Below, piece by piece: positions 36,207 through 46,557 of a stretch of DNA of 64,000 nucleotides. Both the position numbers and the translations under genes were made by a program. The notes below the pieces were generated by a model, which saw nothing but the letters and a program-made list of their open reading frames with translations, was not told where the DNA came from and did no database searches. Source of the stretch: Phycisphaerae bacterium (GTDB lineage Bacteria; Planctomycetota; Phycisphaerae; SM23-33); NCBI GenBank assembly GCA_041661865.1, contig JBAZTO010000005.1, positions 28,128-92,127 on the forward strand, given 5' to 3'. The stretch's first letter is position 1; every line of letters begins with the position of its first letter.

Positions 36207-38333
36207 ATGGCCCTTCCTGTTGAAGAACGAGTTGAAGAGTTGCTCAAGAAGATGACGCTGGAGGAGAAGATTGGCCAGTTGAGCCAACTTGCGGGGAATG
36301 CCCCGAATCTCCTGGATTCCGTGCGGAAGGGACATCTCGGCTCTGTCCTCAATTGCGACAACGCCTATGCCGGCCAGGAACGTCAGACGCGGGTTCGCGC
36401 CGAATTGCTCAACGCCATCCAGCGGGTCGCCGTCGAGGAGACGCGCCTGGGCATTCCCTTACTGTTCGGCCGCGACGTGATTCATGGCCACCGCAGCGTA
36501 ATGCCCATTCCGTTGGGGCAGGCCGCCACCTGGTCGCCGGAGTTAGTGGAGGCCGGGGCGGAGGTCGCCGCTCGTGAGGCCACCGCCGACGGCCTGCACT
36601 GGACATTCGCCCCCATGCTGGACATTGCGCGCGATCCCCGTTGGGGGCGGGTGGCGGAAGGTTTCGGCGAAGACCCCTATCTCTGCGCGGCGATGGCTCG
36701 CGCAAGTGTGAAGGGTTTCCAGGGCGAGGACTTGTCCGATCCGGAGCGCATGCTGGCGTGCGCCAAGCATTTTGCCGGGTATGGCGCCGCCGAAGGCGGG
36801 CGCGACTACAACACAATGGAAATCTCCGAAAACACGATGCGCAATGTCTACCTGCCCTCCTTCGAGGCGGCAGTAAAGGCCGGCATTGGGACGCTCATGT
36901 CCGCCTTCAATGAAAACGGCGGGGTTCCGACCACAGCCAATCGGCACTTGCTGACGGAGATTCTTCGCGACGAATGGGGATTTGACGGCTTCGTCGTCAG
37001 CGACTGGGAGGCAGTTGAAGAGTTGATCCAGCACGGTGCAGCCGGCGACCGCATGCAGGCGGCGCGGATGGCGCTGACAGCCGGGGTTGACATGGAAATG
37101 TGCTCCAAGACCTACGCCGATCGTCTGGCCGATGCGGTGAAGCAGGGCTTGATTTCCGAGTCAACAATCGACCAGGCCGTGCGACGCGTCCTCCGCATCA
37201 AGTTCCGCATGGGCCTGTTCGAGAAACCCTACAAGGACGAGGCGCGGGTCGCCACCGTCATGCTGTGCGATGCCCACGTGGCCGTCGCCCGCGAGTCGGC
37301 ACGAAAGTCCATCATCCTGCTGAAGAACGACAAGGGCCTGCTGCCGCTGCCTCGGACCGACATCGCCCTGGGGCTGCTGGGGCCGCTGACCGACGTCAAG
37401 AAAGAACTACTGGGCACCTGGTGCTGTGATGGTCTGCCCGAGGACGTGGTGTCAGTGTCGGAGGGCGTGGAGGCCAAGATGGGCACCGGCGGACTCTTGC
37501 GGAAAGTCGCACTACAGGACGATTCCGTGCGGGTTCTCCGCTACTGCGACAAGGTGGTGGTCGTCGTCGGCGAGAGCCCCCGCCGCAGCGGCGAGGACGC
37601 CTGCATTACCACGCTGGACCTGCCGCCGGGACAACTGGAACTGCTCAAGGGCATCCACGAGTTCGGCCTGCCGATGGTGGTGGTCGTCATCGCCGGGCGG
37701 CCCCTGTCGCTGGGCTGGGTGATGGAACATGCCGACGCCGTGCTGATGGTCTTCCATCCCGGCGTCCAGGGCGGAAACGCCATCGCCGATGTGCTCTTCG
37801 GCGATGAGAACCCCAGCGGCAAGCTGCCTGTCACCCTGCCGCGATGCGTCGGCCAGGTGCCGATCTATTACAACTTCAAGCTCACCGGCCGACCGCTGCC
37901 CCGCAATGACCTCCATATTTCGCGCTATCAGGATTGCCCGGACACGCCGCTGCTGCCGTTTGGCTATGGCCTGAGCTACACCACGTTTTCCTATGCCAAC
38001 CTGCAGATCACGCCGGCGTCGGCCCCTGTCGGAGGCACGGTGACGGTCAGCGCCGAGGTGACCAATACCGGCCGGCGGTTTGGTGAAGAGATCGTCCAGT
38101 GCTACATTCGCGACCGCGTCGCCAGCACGACCCGGCCGGTGAAGGAACTGAAGGGCTTCGCCCGCATCGGGCTCCAGCCCGGACAGACGCAGCGAGTCAG
38201 TTTTGTTCTCGGCTTTGACGAGTTGTCCTTCTTCGGCCCCGACAATCGGCGAATCGTGGAACCCGGCGAGTTCACGATCTGGGTAGGCCCCAATTCCAAT
38301 GAAGGGCTACAGGGACAATTGACGCTCGAGTGA
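36207..38333 (+). CDS. bglX: GH3 family beta-glucosidase (BglX-like)
   Basis: It has the GH3 N-terminal TIM-barrel with GFDGFVVSDWEAVEEL (the catalytic Asp region) and a C-terminal fibronectin-like domain. A GGAGAC RBS precedes it. Confidence 0.85.
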   Translation: MALPVEERVEELLKKMTLEEKIGQLSQLAGNAPNLLDSVRKGHLGSVLNCDNAYAGQERQTRVRAELLNAIQRVAVEETRLGIPLLFGRDVIHGHRSVMPIPLGQAATWSPELVEAGAEVAAREATADGLHWTFAPMLDIARDPRWGRVAEGFGEDPYLCAAMARASVKGFQGEDLSDPERMLACAKHFAGYGAAEGGRDYNTMEISENTMRNVYLPSFEAAVKAGIGTLMSAFNENGGVPTTANRHLLTEILRDEWGFDGFVVSDWEAVEELIQHGAAGDRMQAARMALTAGVDMEMCSKTYADRLADAVKQGLISESTIDQAVRRVLRIKFRMGLFEKPYKDEARVATVMLCDAHVAVARESARKSIILLKNDKGLLPLPRTDIALGLLGPLTDVKKELLGTWCCDGLPEDVVSVSEGVEAKMGTGGLLRKVALQDDSVRVLRYCDKVVVVVGESPRRSGEDACITTLDLPPGQLELLKGIHEFGLPMVVVVIAGRPLSLGWVMEHADAVLMVFHPGVQGGNAIADVLFGDENPSGKLPVTLPRCVGQVPIYYNFKLTGRPLPRNDLHISRYQDCPDTPLLPFGYGLSYTTFSYANLQITPASAPVGGTVTVSAEVTNTGRRFGEEIVQCYIRDRVASTTRPVKELKGFARIGLQPGQTQRVSFVLGFDELSFFGPDNRRIVEPGEFTIWVGPNSNEGLQGQLTLE

Positions 38334-38388
38334 ACCCGACGCCGCTTCGTGAAATAGTGCCGCCCCGGAAGACCCAAAGGAGAGTTCG

Positions 38389-40329
38389 ATGCAACGCTGC
38401 CCGCTCGTCAATCTGAGCGCCCGGCCTAAGTGCGAGGTCCAGGAGATTCCCAGTGGATGGTTCGTTCCGGCCGCCAAAGGTCTGTCGGTCGACATCGCCG
38501 ACAGCGCCGAGGCCGTGATCGGGCGTGTCGCCGCCGGCTCCGACGTGGACGTGGTGCAACTGGGCATCGGTGCGGCTACCAGCCGGCTCTGCAACGCCGT
38601 CTTCCTGCCCCACCGCGACGAGGCTCTGGTCTTCCAGGCCGACGGGCTCAAAGTCAGCAAGGGCGACGGATCGGTCCGGGTCGAATGCACCGGGCCCTTG
38701 CGCGTGACGCTGATGCGCGACTACATGAAGGTACACCGCAATATCCCGTGGTATCAGCCGATGGACCGCCGAACGTTCCCCAAGCCGCCCGCGGGTTGGT
38801 GCTCGTGGTATTACTACTACAAGCTCATCACGGAGGAGGAGATCGTCCGCAACACCGACTGGCTGGCGGAGCACTTGCAGCCGTTCGGCTGCCAGTGGGT
38901 GCAGATCGACGACGGCTGGCAGGGACGAGGCAAGGGTCACGGCACCAATCGCGACTGGTTCGTCACGTGCAAGAGGAACTTTCCGCGCGGCATGAAGTTC
39001 ATCGCCGATTACATTCGCTCCAAGGGTCTTCTTGCGGGCATCTGGTGCATCCCCTTCACCCAGAGCGACACGGCGCTCTACAAGCGTCAACCGGACCTGT
39101 TCGTGCATCGCCCCGACGGCGGCTCTCCGGGCGAGCGCGACACGCCGCTGGATTATGACTGGATGCAGCCGGTCAGCGAACGCATGTTCGAATGGTGCGG
39201 CCGCTACCTCATCGACCCGACAGGCCGGGCCGGCGAACGCTATCTCCGCAAGCTCTTCGAGATGCTCTGCGATAAGTGGGGCTACCAGTACGTCAAGATC
39301 GACGCGCAGTCGGCCTTTCCGGGCCTCTATGCCGAGCATCGCCCGCGATTGGCCGACAGCTCGCTGGATGGCGAGCAGGCCTACCGCAAGGGCCTGGACA
39401 TCATCAAGGACGTGATGGGGCCCGAGAGGTTCCTGCTCAACTGCGGCAGCGCGTGGGCGTCGGCGGGACAGTGCGAGGGCATTCGCATCGGCGGCGACGT
39501 GACGGCCACCTGGTCGGGCGTGACCACGGCGGCTGAGTGTACGCTGCGATGGTTGTGGCTCAACACGCTGGCGTTCTATACCGACCCGGACGCCGTCTGC
39601 GTGCGCGACCCCCTGTCCTACGAGCAGGCCCGAACCTGGGCCGTGCTGGTGGGCATTACCGGGCAACTCATGATGACCAGCGACAAGATGTACGAATTGC
39701 CCGAGGACCGCGTTGAACTGCTCCGCCGGATTCTGCCCGTGGCCGACATCCATCCAATGGAACTCTACCCGCTGGATACGAAGGTCTGGCCGGGCATATT
39801 CGACCTGAAGGTCAACCTGCCGGGCATCGGCCGATGGGACGTGGTGGCCTGCTTTAACTGGAGCACGACCGAGACCCGCAAGGTGGAACTCTCGCCCCAG
39901 CGCCTGGGCCTGGAGGATGGGGAGTACCTGTGGCAGGACGTGTGGGCCGGGGCGATTCAGCAACCCAAGGACGGCAAGCTGACGCTCGAAGTCCCGCCCT
40001 GTTCGTGTCGCGTGTTGAGCGTCTGGCCCCGGTCAGATCATCCGCAGTTCATCGGCACCAACCGGCACCTGACGCAAGGCGCGGTGGACGTCGAGGCTGT
40101 GGAATGGGACGCCAAGGCGCTCAAGCTCCGTGGCCGGTCAAACGTGGTCGGCGGCGACGCCTACCGCATTCGCATGCACGTGCCCAAGGGCTATCGCGCC
40201 GTCGGCAACGGCGTGGAGCAGTACGGAGAGATGGCCGTCCTGACGCTCCGCAACAAACGGAGCAAGACGGTTCAGTGGGAGGCGGCATTCGAGCGAAGTG
40301 CCGGCAACGCCCGCACCCGGCAGCAATAG
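38389..40329 (+). CDS. Alpha-galactosidase-like glycoside hydrolase (GH36/GH27 clan)
   Basis: QWVQIDDGWQ and YVKIDAQS motifs are typical of melibiase-type TIM-barrel enzymes. An AAGGAG RBS precedes it. Confidence 0.6.
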   Translation: MQRCPLVNLSARPKCEVQEIPSGWFVPAAKGLSVDIADSAEAVIGRVAAGSDVDVVQLGIGAATSRLCNAVFLPHRDEALVFQADGLKVSKGDGSVRVECTGPLRVTLMRDYMKVHRNIPWYQPMDRRTFPKPPAGWCSWYYYYKLITEEEIVRNTDWLAEHLQPFGCQWVQIDDGWQGRGKGHGTNRDWFVTCKRNFPRGMKFIADYIRSKGLLAGIWCIPFTQSDTALYKRQPDLFVHRPDGGSPGERDTPLDYDWMQPVSERMFEWCGRYLIDPTGRAGERYLRKLFEMLCDKWGYQYVKIDAQSAFPGLYAEHRPRLADSSLDGEQAYRKGLDIIKDVMGPERFLLNCGSAWASAGQCEGIRIGGDVTATWSGVTTAAECTLRWLWLNTLAFYTDPDAVCVRDPLSYEQARTWAVLVGITGQLMMTSDKMYELPEDRVELLRRILPVADIHPMELYPLDTKVWPGIFDLKVNLPGIGRWDVVACFNWSTTETRKVELSPQRLGLEDGEYLWQDVWAGAIQQPKDGKLTLEVPPCSCRVLSVWPRSDHPQFIGTNRHLTQGAVDVEAVEWDAKALKLRGRSNVVGGDAYRIRMHVPKGYRAVGNGVEQYGEMAVLTLRNKRSKTVQWEAAFERSAGNARTRQQ

Positions 40330-40748
40330 CCTATCGGCCCGGCTTCGCAGACCGGCCAACCGTATGTCCGGTGGCCGCACGGACGCGCAGCGGAGTTCCC
40401 ACTCCGCCGCAAGGATGTTCGGGACGAACGAAAAGGAGGTGGAGTTGGAACTCCACCTCCCTGATAGTGCGTGGGGTGTGCATGCCTGCGCACGGAATGA
40501 AGTCCGGCGCCATGCTTCAGGCAAGCCCGATTCCGCGACACCCCTGTCAGGCCCGGCCGTGGATCAGAGATGCAATGCTCTGTAAACGAAATCCCAGGTG
40601 GCTGCCATGATGTTGAAACCGACGATTGCGGCGCCAACGCCGATCAATCCGGCATACCACCTGACAATAAACAAGAGGACGATACCTGCTCTTGACTCTT
40701 GCCGGGTCATGCCGTTTTGGCTTTTCCCTCCCGCCCATTGGCCTTAGG

Positions 40749-42161
40749 ATGATCCGCATGAACACGCGCACATTGACCCTCATCATTCTGGCGGCCTTGA
40801 TTGTGCGGCTGGCGCTGCTGGCGGGCATCTGGAACGACGGCGTCGGCGGGCCCCGCGGCGGCCAGCCGCGATACCTGATGCCCGATTCGGAGGGGTACAT
40901 CAAGTTGGCGGCCAGCCTGGCCGACTCGGCCAGGTTCGCGATGGACGACAAGCCGGAGATATTCCGCACGCCCGGCTATTCGCTGTTGCTGACCTTCGGG
41001 GCGCCCTTCGGTCAAAGCTGGTGGCGGGCGGTCATCGTCCTCCAGATCCTGCTGGACGTGGCGACGGTGTACCTGGCCTTCCTGCTGGGCTGGATGATGG
41101 TCGGCCAGCGGGCCGGGCTGTGGGCGGCGGCGCTGCAGGCCTTCTCGCCGCTGGCTATCGCCGCCAGCAACCGTATCCTCTCGGACACCGCCTTCGCGTT
41201 CCTGCTGGCCTGGACGCTGGTCCTGCTGGTCTTCCACCTCAAGAGCCGGCGGCTCTGGCCGCTGATCGCCGCGGCGGTTTTCCTGGGCGCCGCCTGCTAC
41301 GTCCGCCCGGTGGGGCTGGCGATGGCGGCGGTGTGCGCGGCGGTTCTGCTGGCCGATGGGCTTGTGCAAGGCCGCAAGCGGCGGGGCGCGGAGGACGCCG
41401 CAGAGACTCGTGACAGGCAAACTGTGCGTCGCGCGCGTCGCGCGCTGGGGCCCGCAGCCGCCTTTGGAGGGATCGTGATATTGTGCGTGGCGCCGTGGGT
41501 GGTCCGCAACGGCCTGGCGGCGCAATACTGGGGCTTTTCGAGCTTCGCCGGCGACGGCGCCTACTTCTTCGCCGTCCCGGAGTTGATCTCCGCCACCGAG
41601 GGCGTCCCGGCGGCGACCGCCCGCGAAATGATGAAGAGGGAGGACCAGCGAGACAACGAGGGCCTGTCCCCCGGAGCCGCTGCCCGCGCGCGGCGCAGCC
41701 GCGTTTGGCAAGCCATCGGCGAGCACCCGTGGCTGTACGCCAAGATCCACCTCAAGGGCTGCTGGGGGTTCTTCCTCCCCGGGGCCACGGACCTGCTGGA
41801 GATGGCTGGGCTGACGGCGGGCAATGCCGGCACGGTGGACGTGCTGCACAGGGAGGGCCTGGCCGCCGCGGTGAAGCATTACTTCGATGATCGGCAATGG
41901 GCGATGCTGCTGGCTGTGCCGCTGGCGGCGGTGCCGATGGTTCTGTACGCCGGCGTGCTGCTCTGCATCGTTCGGCGGCTGTCGTGGCGCATGCCCGCGG
42001 AGGTCTGGCTGCTGGCGGCGATAGTCATCGTGGCCATGCTGCTGCCGGGGCCCTTTGGCCTGCCGCGTTACCGCCTGCCCGTGCTGCCGGTGCTGGGAGT
42101 CGCCGCCGGGGCGGGCCTGACGAGTAGGAAGAAGCCCGCGTCACCGCCAGCGAAGGCGTGA
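40749..42161 (+). CDS. GT-C fold membrane glycosyltransferase (GT39/GT83 PMT/ArnT-like)
   Basis: It has ~11 predicted TM helices and a PMT/ArnT-like N-terminal loop (PDSEGY...FRTPGYSLLL). Its 3' end overlaps the convergent rnfD by ~20 nt. Confidence 0.6.
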   Translation: MIRMNTRTLTLIILAALIVRLALLAGIWNDGVGGPRGGQPRYLMPDSEGYIKLAASLADSARFAMDDKPEIFRTPGYSLLLTFGAPFGQSWWRAVIVLQILLDVATVYLAFLLGWMMVGQRAGLWAAALQAFSPLAIAASNRILSDTAFAFLLAWTLVLLVFHLKSRRLWPLIAAAVFLGAACYVRPVGLAMAAVCAAVLLADGLVQGRKRRGAEDAAETRDRQTVRRARRALGPAAAFGGIVILCVAPWVVRNGLAAQYWGFSSFAGDGAYFFAVPELISATEGVPAATAREMMKREDQRDNEGLSPGAAARARRSRVWQAIGEHPWLYAKIHLKGCWGFFLPGATDLLEMAGLTAGNAGTVDVLHREGLAAAVKHYFDDRQWAMLLAVPLAAVPMVLYAGVLLCIVRRLSWRMPAEVWLLAAIVIVAMLLPGPFGLPRYRLPVLPVLGVAAGAGLTSRKKPASPPAKA

Positions 42162-43382
42162 CTTGAGGTAGCTGATGCGTCGCTGGCCCAGGACCCTGGG
42201 CCGCCAGATCGCGTCGATGGCGGGCGTCAGCGTGTTCATCGCCAGCACGGCCATGTAGCTGGGGATGGGGACGTGGACGTAGAGCTTGAGCAGCATGGCG
42301 ATGATCCCGCAGCCGATGCCGAAAATCACCTGCCCGCCGGAAGTGACGGGGCGCGAGGTCATCTCGGGGGCCATGAAGAAGGCCGCCAGCAGCAGTTCGC
42401 CGCTGAGGAGTTGATAGTTGACGTAGGTGAAGCCGACGTCGCCGCCCTCAGCCAGCAGGGGCCACCACACCGTTCGTATCGAGTCAGCCGGCCCGGTCAA
42501 TTGGATCGGCGCCACCGCCGCGACGGCCCAGGCCGTCAGGATGAACGCCAGCGGAAGCTGCCACTTGACGTAGTTGCGATAGATCAGGTACAGCCCCGCG
42601 ATGACGATCACGATGGCGCAGGTCTCGCCGATGCCCCCGGGCGTGGCCCCGTAAAGCATTTCATTGATGGGCGGCAGACGCATCAGCAGTTGGCCGCCGG
42701 CGCCGCTGTCGTCGTCGGGATAGGCCAGTGCGCGGTACTCGGCCGTCTCGCCGGCGGTCAGTGCGGCCAGGGTCTCGCTGGGGCGGGTCAGGAGGAATGC
42801 GTCGGCGCCGGCCGGCGCGGGCCGGCCACGCCATTGACGGTAGTCATCGACCTGCTGGGCGCGGGTGATGTCGCCGACCATCAGCCTGTTCTGCGCCAGC
42901 AGCGGCCAGGAGGTGGGGTTCATGGTGGCCGGGAGCAGCACCGCCACGGCCAGCCGGCCCAGCAGCGCGGGCTGCCAGAGGAAGTGCCCCACGCCGCCGA
43001 AGATGGCTTTGCCCACGACGATGGCGAAGACCGCCGCGATGATCGGCACGTACCAGGGCACGAAGGCCGGCAGCGTCAAGGCCAGCAGAACGCCCGTCAT
43101 CGCCGCGTGCGAGCGGCCCAGCAGGGCGGGCGTCCGCGTGGAACGATAGTAGGCCTTCTCGATCAGCACGCACGAGGCCACGGAGATGGCCGCCACCAGC
43201 AGGCTCCGCCAGCCAAAGAGGATCACCCCGGCCGCCAGCGGCGCGCAGGCGGCAGCCAGCGTGACCAGGTAAATCGTCCGCACGCCTTCCATCGCGTGCA
43301 GGAAGGGGGCACGCGGCTGTGTGGCCTCCGCGGGCGAAGCGTGCCCGGATGCGGGGGGCGATTGCGTGTCGTGCTCAGCCAT
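42141..43382 (-). CDS. rnfD: RnfD/NqrB-family membrane subunit
   Basis: It is polytopic and has the FFMAPEMTSRPVTSGGQVIFGIGCG motif, matching the RnfD FMATDPVT FMN-binding region. Its start overlaps the rnfC stop (TGATG). Confidence 0.7.
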   Translation of the reverse strand: MAEHDTQSPPASGHASPAEATQPRAPFLHAMEGVRTIYLVTLAAACAPLAAGVILFGWRSLLVAAISVASCVLIEKAYYRSTRTPALLGRSHAAMTGVLLALTLPAFVPWYVPIIAAVFAIVVGKAIFGGVGHFLWQPALLGRLAVAVLLPATMNPTSWPLLAQNRLMVGDITRAQQVDDYRQWRGRPAPAGADAFLLTRPSETLAALTAGETAEYRALAYPDDDSGAGGQLLMRLPPINEMLYGATPGGIGETCAIVIVIAGLYLIYRNYVKWQLPLAFILTAWAVAAVAPIQLTGPADSIRTVWWPLLAEGGDVGFTYVNYQLLSGELLLAAFFMAPEMTSRPVTSGGQVIFGIGCGIIAMLLKLYVHVPIPSYMAVLAMNTLTPAIDAIWRPRVLGQRRISYLKSRLRWR

Positions 43383-44746
43383 CAGCGGCGCCCCCCGTGT
43401 CCGTCGAGAAATGTGGCGCCGGGGCCGCGGGCGATGGCCTTCTTCAATTCCTGTACGCGCCGGGTCAGCGGCAGGCGGGCCGGGCAGACGTACGAGCAGA
43501 TGCCGCACTCGATGCAGGCCACCGTGCCGCTCCGGCGGGCGTGGTCCAGCAGCGAAAGCTCGAAATCGTCATTCAACGCCGCCACGTTGAGGCGCGAGGG
43601 GCACAGGTCGGTGCACCAGCCGCAGCGGATGCAGGGCGTGGACGAACTGGCCGGGGCCTCGGCGACTGCCAGCACCGCGTCGGTGGTTGCGCCGACGGCT
43701 GCGCCGGCCGGGCAGCGCAGGCCCACCATCGGGCCGCCGTGGATCAGGCGGTCGTCCGTGCCGGCCAGCGCCTGGCAGCTCATGCCCAGCGGCGTCCAGA
43801 AGTTGCCTCCCTTGGCGATGCGTTCTCCCGAAACGGTGACCACGCGGTGCGTGGCGGGCTGGCCGCAGGCGACCCAGCGATAGGCGGCGAAACAGGCCGA
43901 GGCGTTGACCACCGCGGCCCCGACGTCCGTCGTCGCGGCCCCGACGGGCATCTGACGCCGCGTGAGCACCTTGACCAGCAAGGGGTCGGCCCCGGTGGGA
44001 TATTTGTGGGTCAGGGCGATGCGGGCGACCTTGTAGGCCTGCGCCGGGCCGATCAGCGAGCGGTAGTCGTCGGTCCAGCGACGGTCGACGGCCAGCATCA
44101 GCCGCCGCGCTCCGATGGCCCGCCCGATAATCGCCAGCCCGCGAATGACGTCCTCTCCGTGCTCGGCCAGCAGGCGATGGCCGGCCGTCACGTAAGGTTG
44201 GCCTTCCATGACGTTGGCGATGAGAACGTCGCAGTCCTTCCGCACGGCGCGTTCGACCCATCCGGCCAGGGGTTCCAATGGGTTTCGGAAAGTTGTCAGG
44301 CCTCCGCCGGCCAGCGCCGCCCGCAGGTTGGAGCGGCTCAGCTTGGCCCATTCGGTCACGGATGGGGCGGAAAGCAGGGGAGTGGGATCGGCCAGATCAG
44401 CCAGTTCGATGCCGGGCGACAAAACGAACTCGCCCTTGCCCGCTGTCAAGGCCTGGGCCTGTACTGAGACCACCCGCCCACCCGCGGGGGCATAAATATC
44501 GATCGGGTTGTCGCCGGTTCCTTCAGCCAGTTTTTGCCCGGCACTGACAAGCTGGCCGGCACTGACCAGGGGCCTGGCCAGGCTTCCGCCGCAAGGCGCC
44601 AGCGGCAGGACGAGGCGCTCACAGGCGCGCGCGGCGGCAATGGGCTCGCCCAGGGTGGCACGTTTCTCGTCGGGCAGGTCGATCCCGCCGGCAAACGTGC
44701 CGTAGCGATCAAACAGCATGCCGGCGATGCGGTTCATCAATGCCAA
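43382..44746 (-). CDS. rnfC: RnfC-like subunit (SLBB, NADH/FMN-binding-like domain, two 4Fe-4S ferredoxin motifs)
   Basis: The N-terminus is F.GGIDLPDEKR. It has CIRCGWCTDLCP and CIECGICSYVCP cluster motifs. Confidence 0.7.
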   Translation of the reverse strand: MALMNRIAGMLFDRYGTFAGGIDLPDEKRATLGEPIAAARACERLVLPLAPCGGSLARPLVSAGQLVSAGQKLAEGTGDNPIDIYAPAGGRVVSVQAQALTAGKGEFVLSPGIELADLADPTPLLSAPSVTEWAKLSRSNLRAALAGGGLTTFRNPLEPLAGWVERAVRKDCDVLIANVMEGQPYVTAGHRLLAEHGEDVIRGLAIIGRAIGARRLMLAVDRRWTDDYRSLIGPAQAYKVARIALTHKYPTGADPLLVKVLTRRQMPVGAATTDVGAAVVNASACFAAYRWVACGQPATHRVVTVSGERIAKGGNFWTPLGMSCQALAGTDDRLIHGGPMVGLRCPAGAAVGATTDAVLAVAEAPASSSTPCIRCGWCTDLCPSRLNVAALNDDFELSLLDHARRSGTVACIECGICSYVCPARLPLTRRVQELKKAIARGPGATFLDGHGGRR

Positions 44747-44794
44747 GAACGTCTGTCTCCATGTGCCGCGACAGGATGCGGCCCCGGCGGCTGG

Positions 44795-45859
44795 CTACTG
44801 ACCCTTGCCGCGATCCCCGGCCGCCTGCATCTGGCTGCTGAGCACCGGGTCAACATAACGAATCTGTTTTTCGTCCTCGGCCTTGCGGAACAGGTCCACA
44901 AGGATCTGCTGGCGGGCGACGCCGGCCTTGCGATTCGTGATCGTCGTGATGAGCTTTTCCCGCACATCAGACAACTTGACGTCCTGTGGCGGGATGAGAC
45001 GTTCCAACTTCAGGACATGGAAGGCCGTCTCGACCTGCACGGGATTTGAAATCTCCCCGGGCTTCTTCATGGCCAGGGCGGCCTGTCGGATGGCCGGCGG
45101 GATCGGGCGGGTGTTGGCGCCGATAGCCGGCAACAATCCGCCGTCGGCGGCGGTGGTGGAATTGATAGACATCTTGCGGGCCAGGTCGGCGAAGTCGGCG
45201 CCATCCTGAAGCTTCTTGATCACGTCCTGGGCGGCCGCCAGCGAGGCAACCTGGATGTGCCGCACTTCCACCTTGCCGCCGTATTCCTGGGCGAATTCAT
45301 CGTTGATCTCCTCGTCGGTGACGGCAAGCTCGCCCTCGGCCATCTTCCGCAGCATGGCGTTGCGCTGCATGATCACCCGCCATTGATCGGCGGACATGTT
45401 CTTCTGGGCCAGCATCTGTTCCAGCAGCCGCTCGCGCTGCCCGGCCTCTTCGACCTGGGGGAACATTTCGCGGAGAATCTCGACGCTCTCAGCCCGGATG
45501 TCGCCCTCGCTGACTGTGATGCCTTTGGCGTCGGCGGCCTGGCGGACCAGTTCGCTGGCGATGAGCTGCTTGGCCAGGGCCATGCCGTAACTTCGCACCA
45601 GCAGGTCATTCAACTCGCTCATGTAAACGGGCTGGCCGTTGATGTAGGCCATGACAGGCCCGCCGGCCGGCTGCGACGTTGACGGCGAGGGGGCGTTATC
45701 CGCCTGGGCCGGTCTGGATGCAGCCGGCTTGGAGGTGGCGGCGCCGCCGGGCGCAGCCTTGACCTGCCCATGTCCCGCCTTAGCCTGCCAAGAGGCACCA
45801 GTCCCAGAGCAGCCCATCAACAATGCACAAATCGTAGCCAAGGCAAACAACGGTCTCAT
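44795..45859 (-). CDS. SurA/PpiD-like parvulin-type peptidyl-prolyl isomerase lipoprotein
   Basis: It has the lipobox LLMGCSG, a SurA-N-like chaperone region and a parvulin domain (VRHIQV...FADLARKMS). GGAAGGA is the RBS. The listed ORF runs on across the tRNA gene, which is spurious. Confidence 0.7.
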   Translation of the reverse strand: MRPLFALATICALLMGCSGTGASWQAKAGHGQVKAAPGGAATSKPAASRPAQADNAPSPSTSQPAGGPVMAYINGQPVYMSELNDLLVRSYGMALAKQLIASELVRQAADAKGITVSEGDIRAESVEILREMFPQVEEAGQRERLLEQMLAQKNMSADQWRVIMQRNAMLRKMAEGELAVTDEEINDEFAQEYGGKVEVRHIQVASLAAAQDVIKKLQDGADFADLARKMSINSTTAADGGLLPAIGANTRPIPPAIRQAALAMKKPGEISNPVQVETAFHVLKLERLIPPQDVKLSDVREKLITTITNRKAGVARQQILVDLFRKAEDEKQIRYVDPVLSSQMQAAGDRGKGQ

Positions 45860-46014
45860 GGCGGTATCCTTCCACATTATCATGGGTAGTGAAGCCGCAA
45901 TGTTACTGCGCCGCGACGGACCAACCAAGGAGATTAACGCGCTTTCGCACCGGCCTGGGCCTGCCCCAAAAACAAAACCGCCCGTAAGCTCCTGGCCTAC
46001 AGGCGGTTTTCTAC

Positions 46015-46087
<73 letters not shown>

Positions 46088-46233
46088 TTCATCTTTTTTA
46101 CGGAATCGAAGCCAATGAGGAGATGGAACTTTAACAATCCTGGCGGGAACGTCAAGCCAAAAGTTGCCCACAAAAGTTGCCCACACTTGCTCGCGACGGC
46201 CGTGAGTGACCTGATTTTCTGGCGGGGGGTCAG

Positions 46234-46445
46234 GCGGCGCGTTGCTTGGCCCAGTAGTTCTGCCAGAGATTGGAGTAGTACAGGCTGGCCAGGGCCACCA
46301 TCGACTCGGCGTTGTCCTTGTCCCAGTGCATTCCGTGGCCCTTGAGACGCCGGGTCAGCGTCCCGCAGAACAACTCCGTTGGCCCGCTGCCGCAGTCGTA
46401 GCCCTGTGGCTTGACGTGGTCGGCGACTGCGCCTCTTTCACCTGT
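46234..46445 (-). pseudogene. 3'-terminal gene fragment without a start codon (possible mobile-element remnant next to tRNA-Lys)
   Basis: The in-frame translation ...GYDCGSGPTELFCGTLTRRLKGHGMHWDKDNAESMVALASLYYSNLWQNYWAKQRAA* is bounded upstream by a stop, with no plausible start. The family was not identified. Confidence 0.3.
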
Positions 46446-46476
46446 TCATCTGCTCCACGACTCACCTGCTCTATTT

Positions 46477-46502
46477 GAAAAGCCCGCTTTCGCGGGCTTT
46501 TC
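46477..46502. terminator. Bidirectional intrinsic terminator
   Basis: gaaaAGCCCGCtttcGCGGGCTtttt is a perfect palindrome flanked by A- and T-tracts. Confidence 0.8.
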
Positions 46503-46557
46503 GACTCGGGGTGGGTGGACAGTTTTAGAACTGCGGTCGCAAGCCATTCGGTCGATC

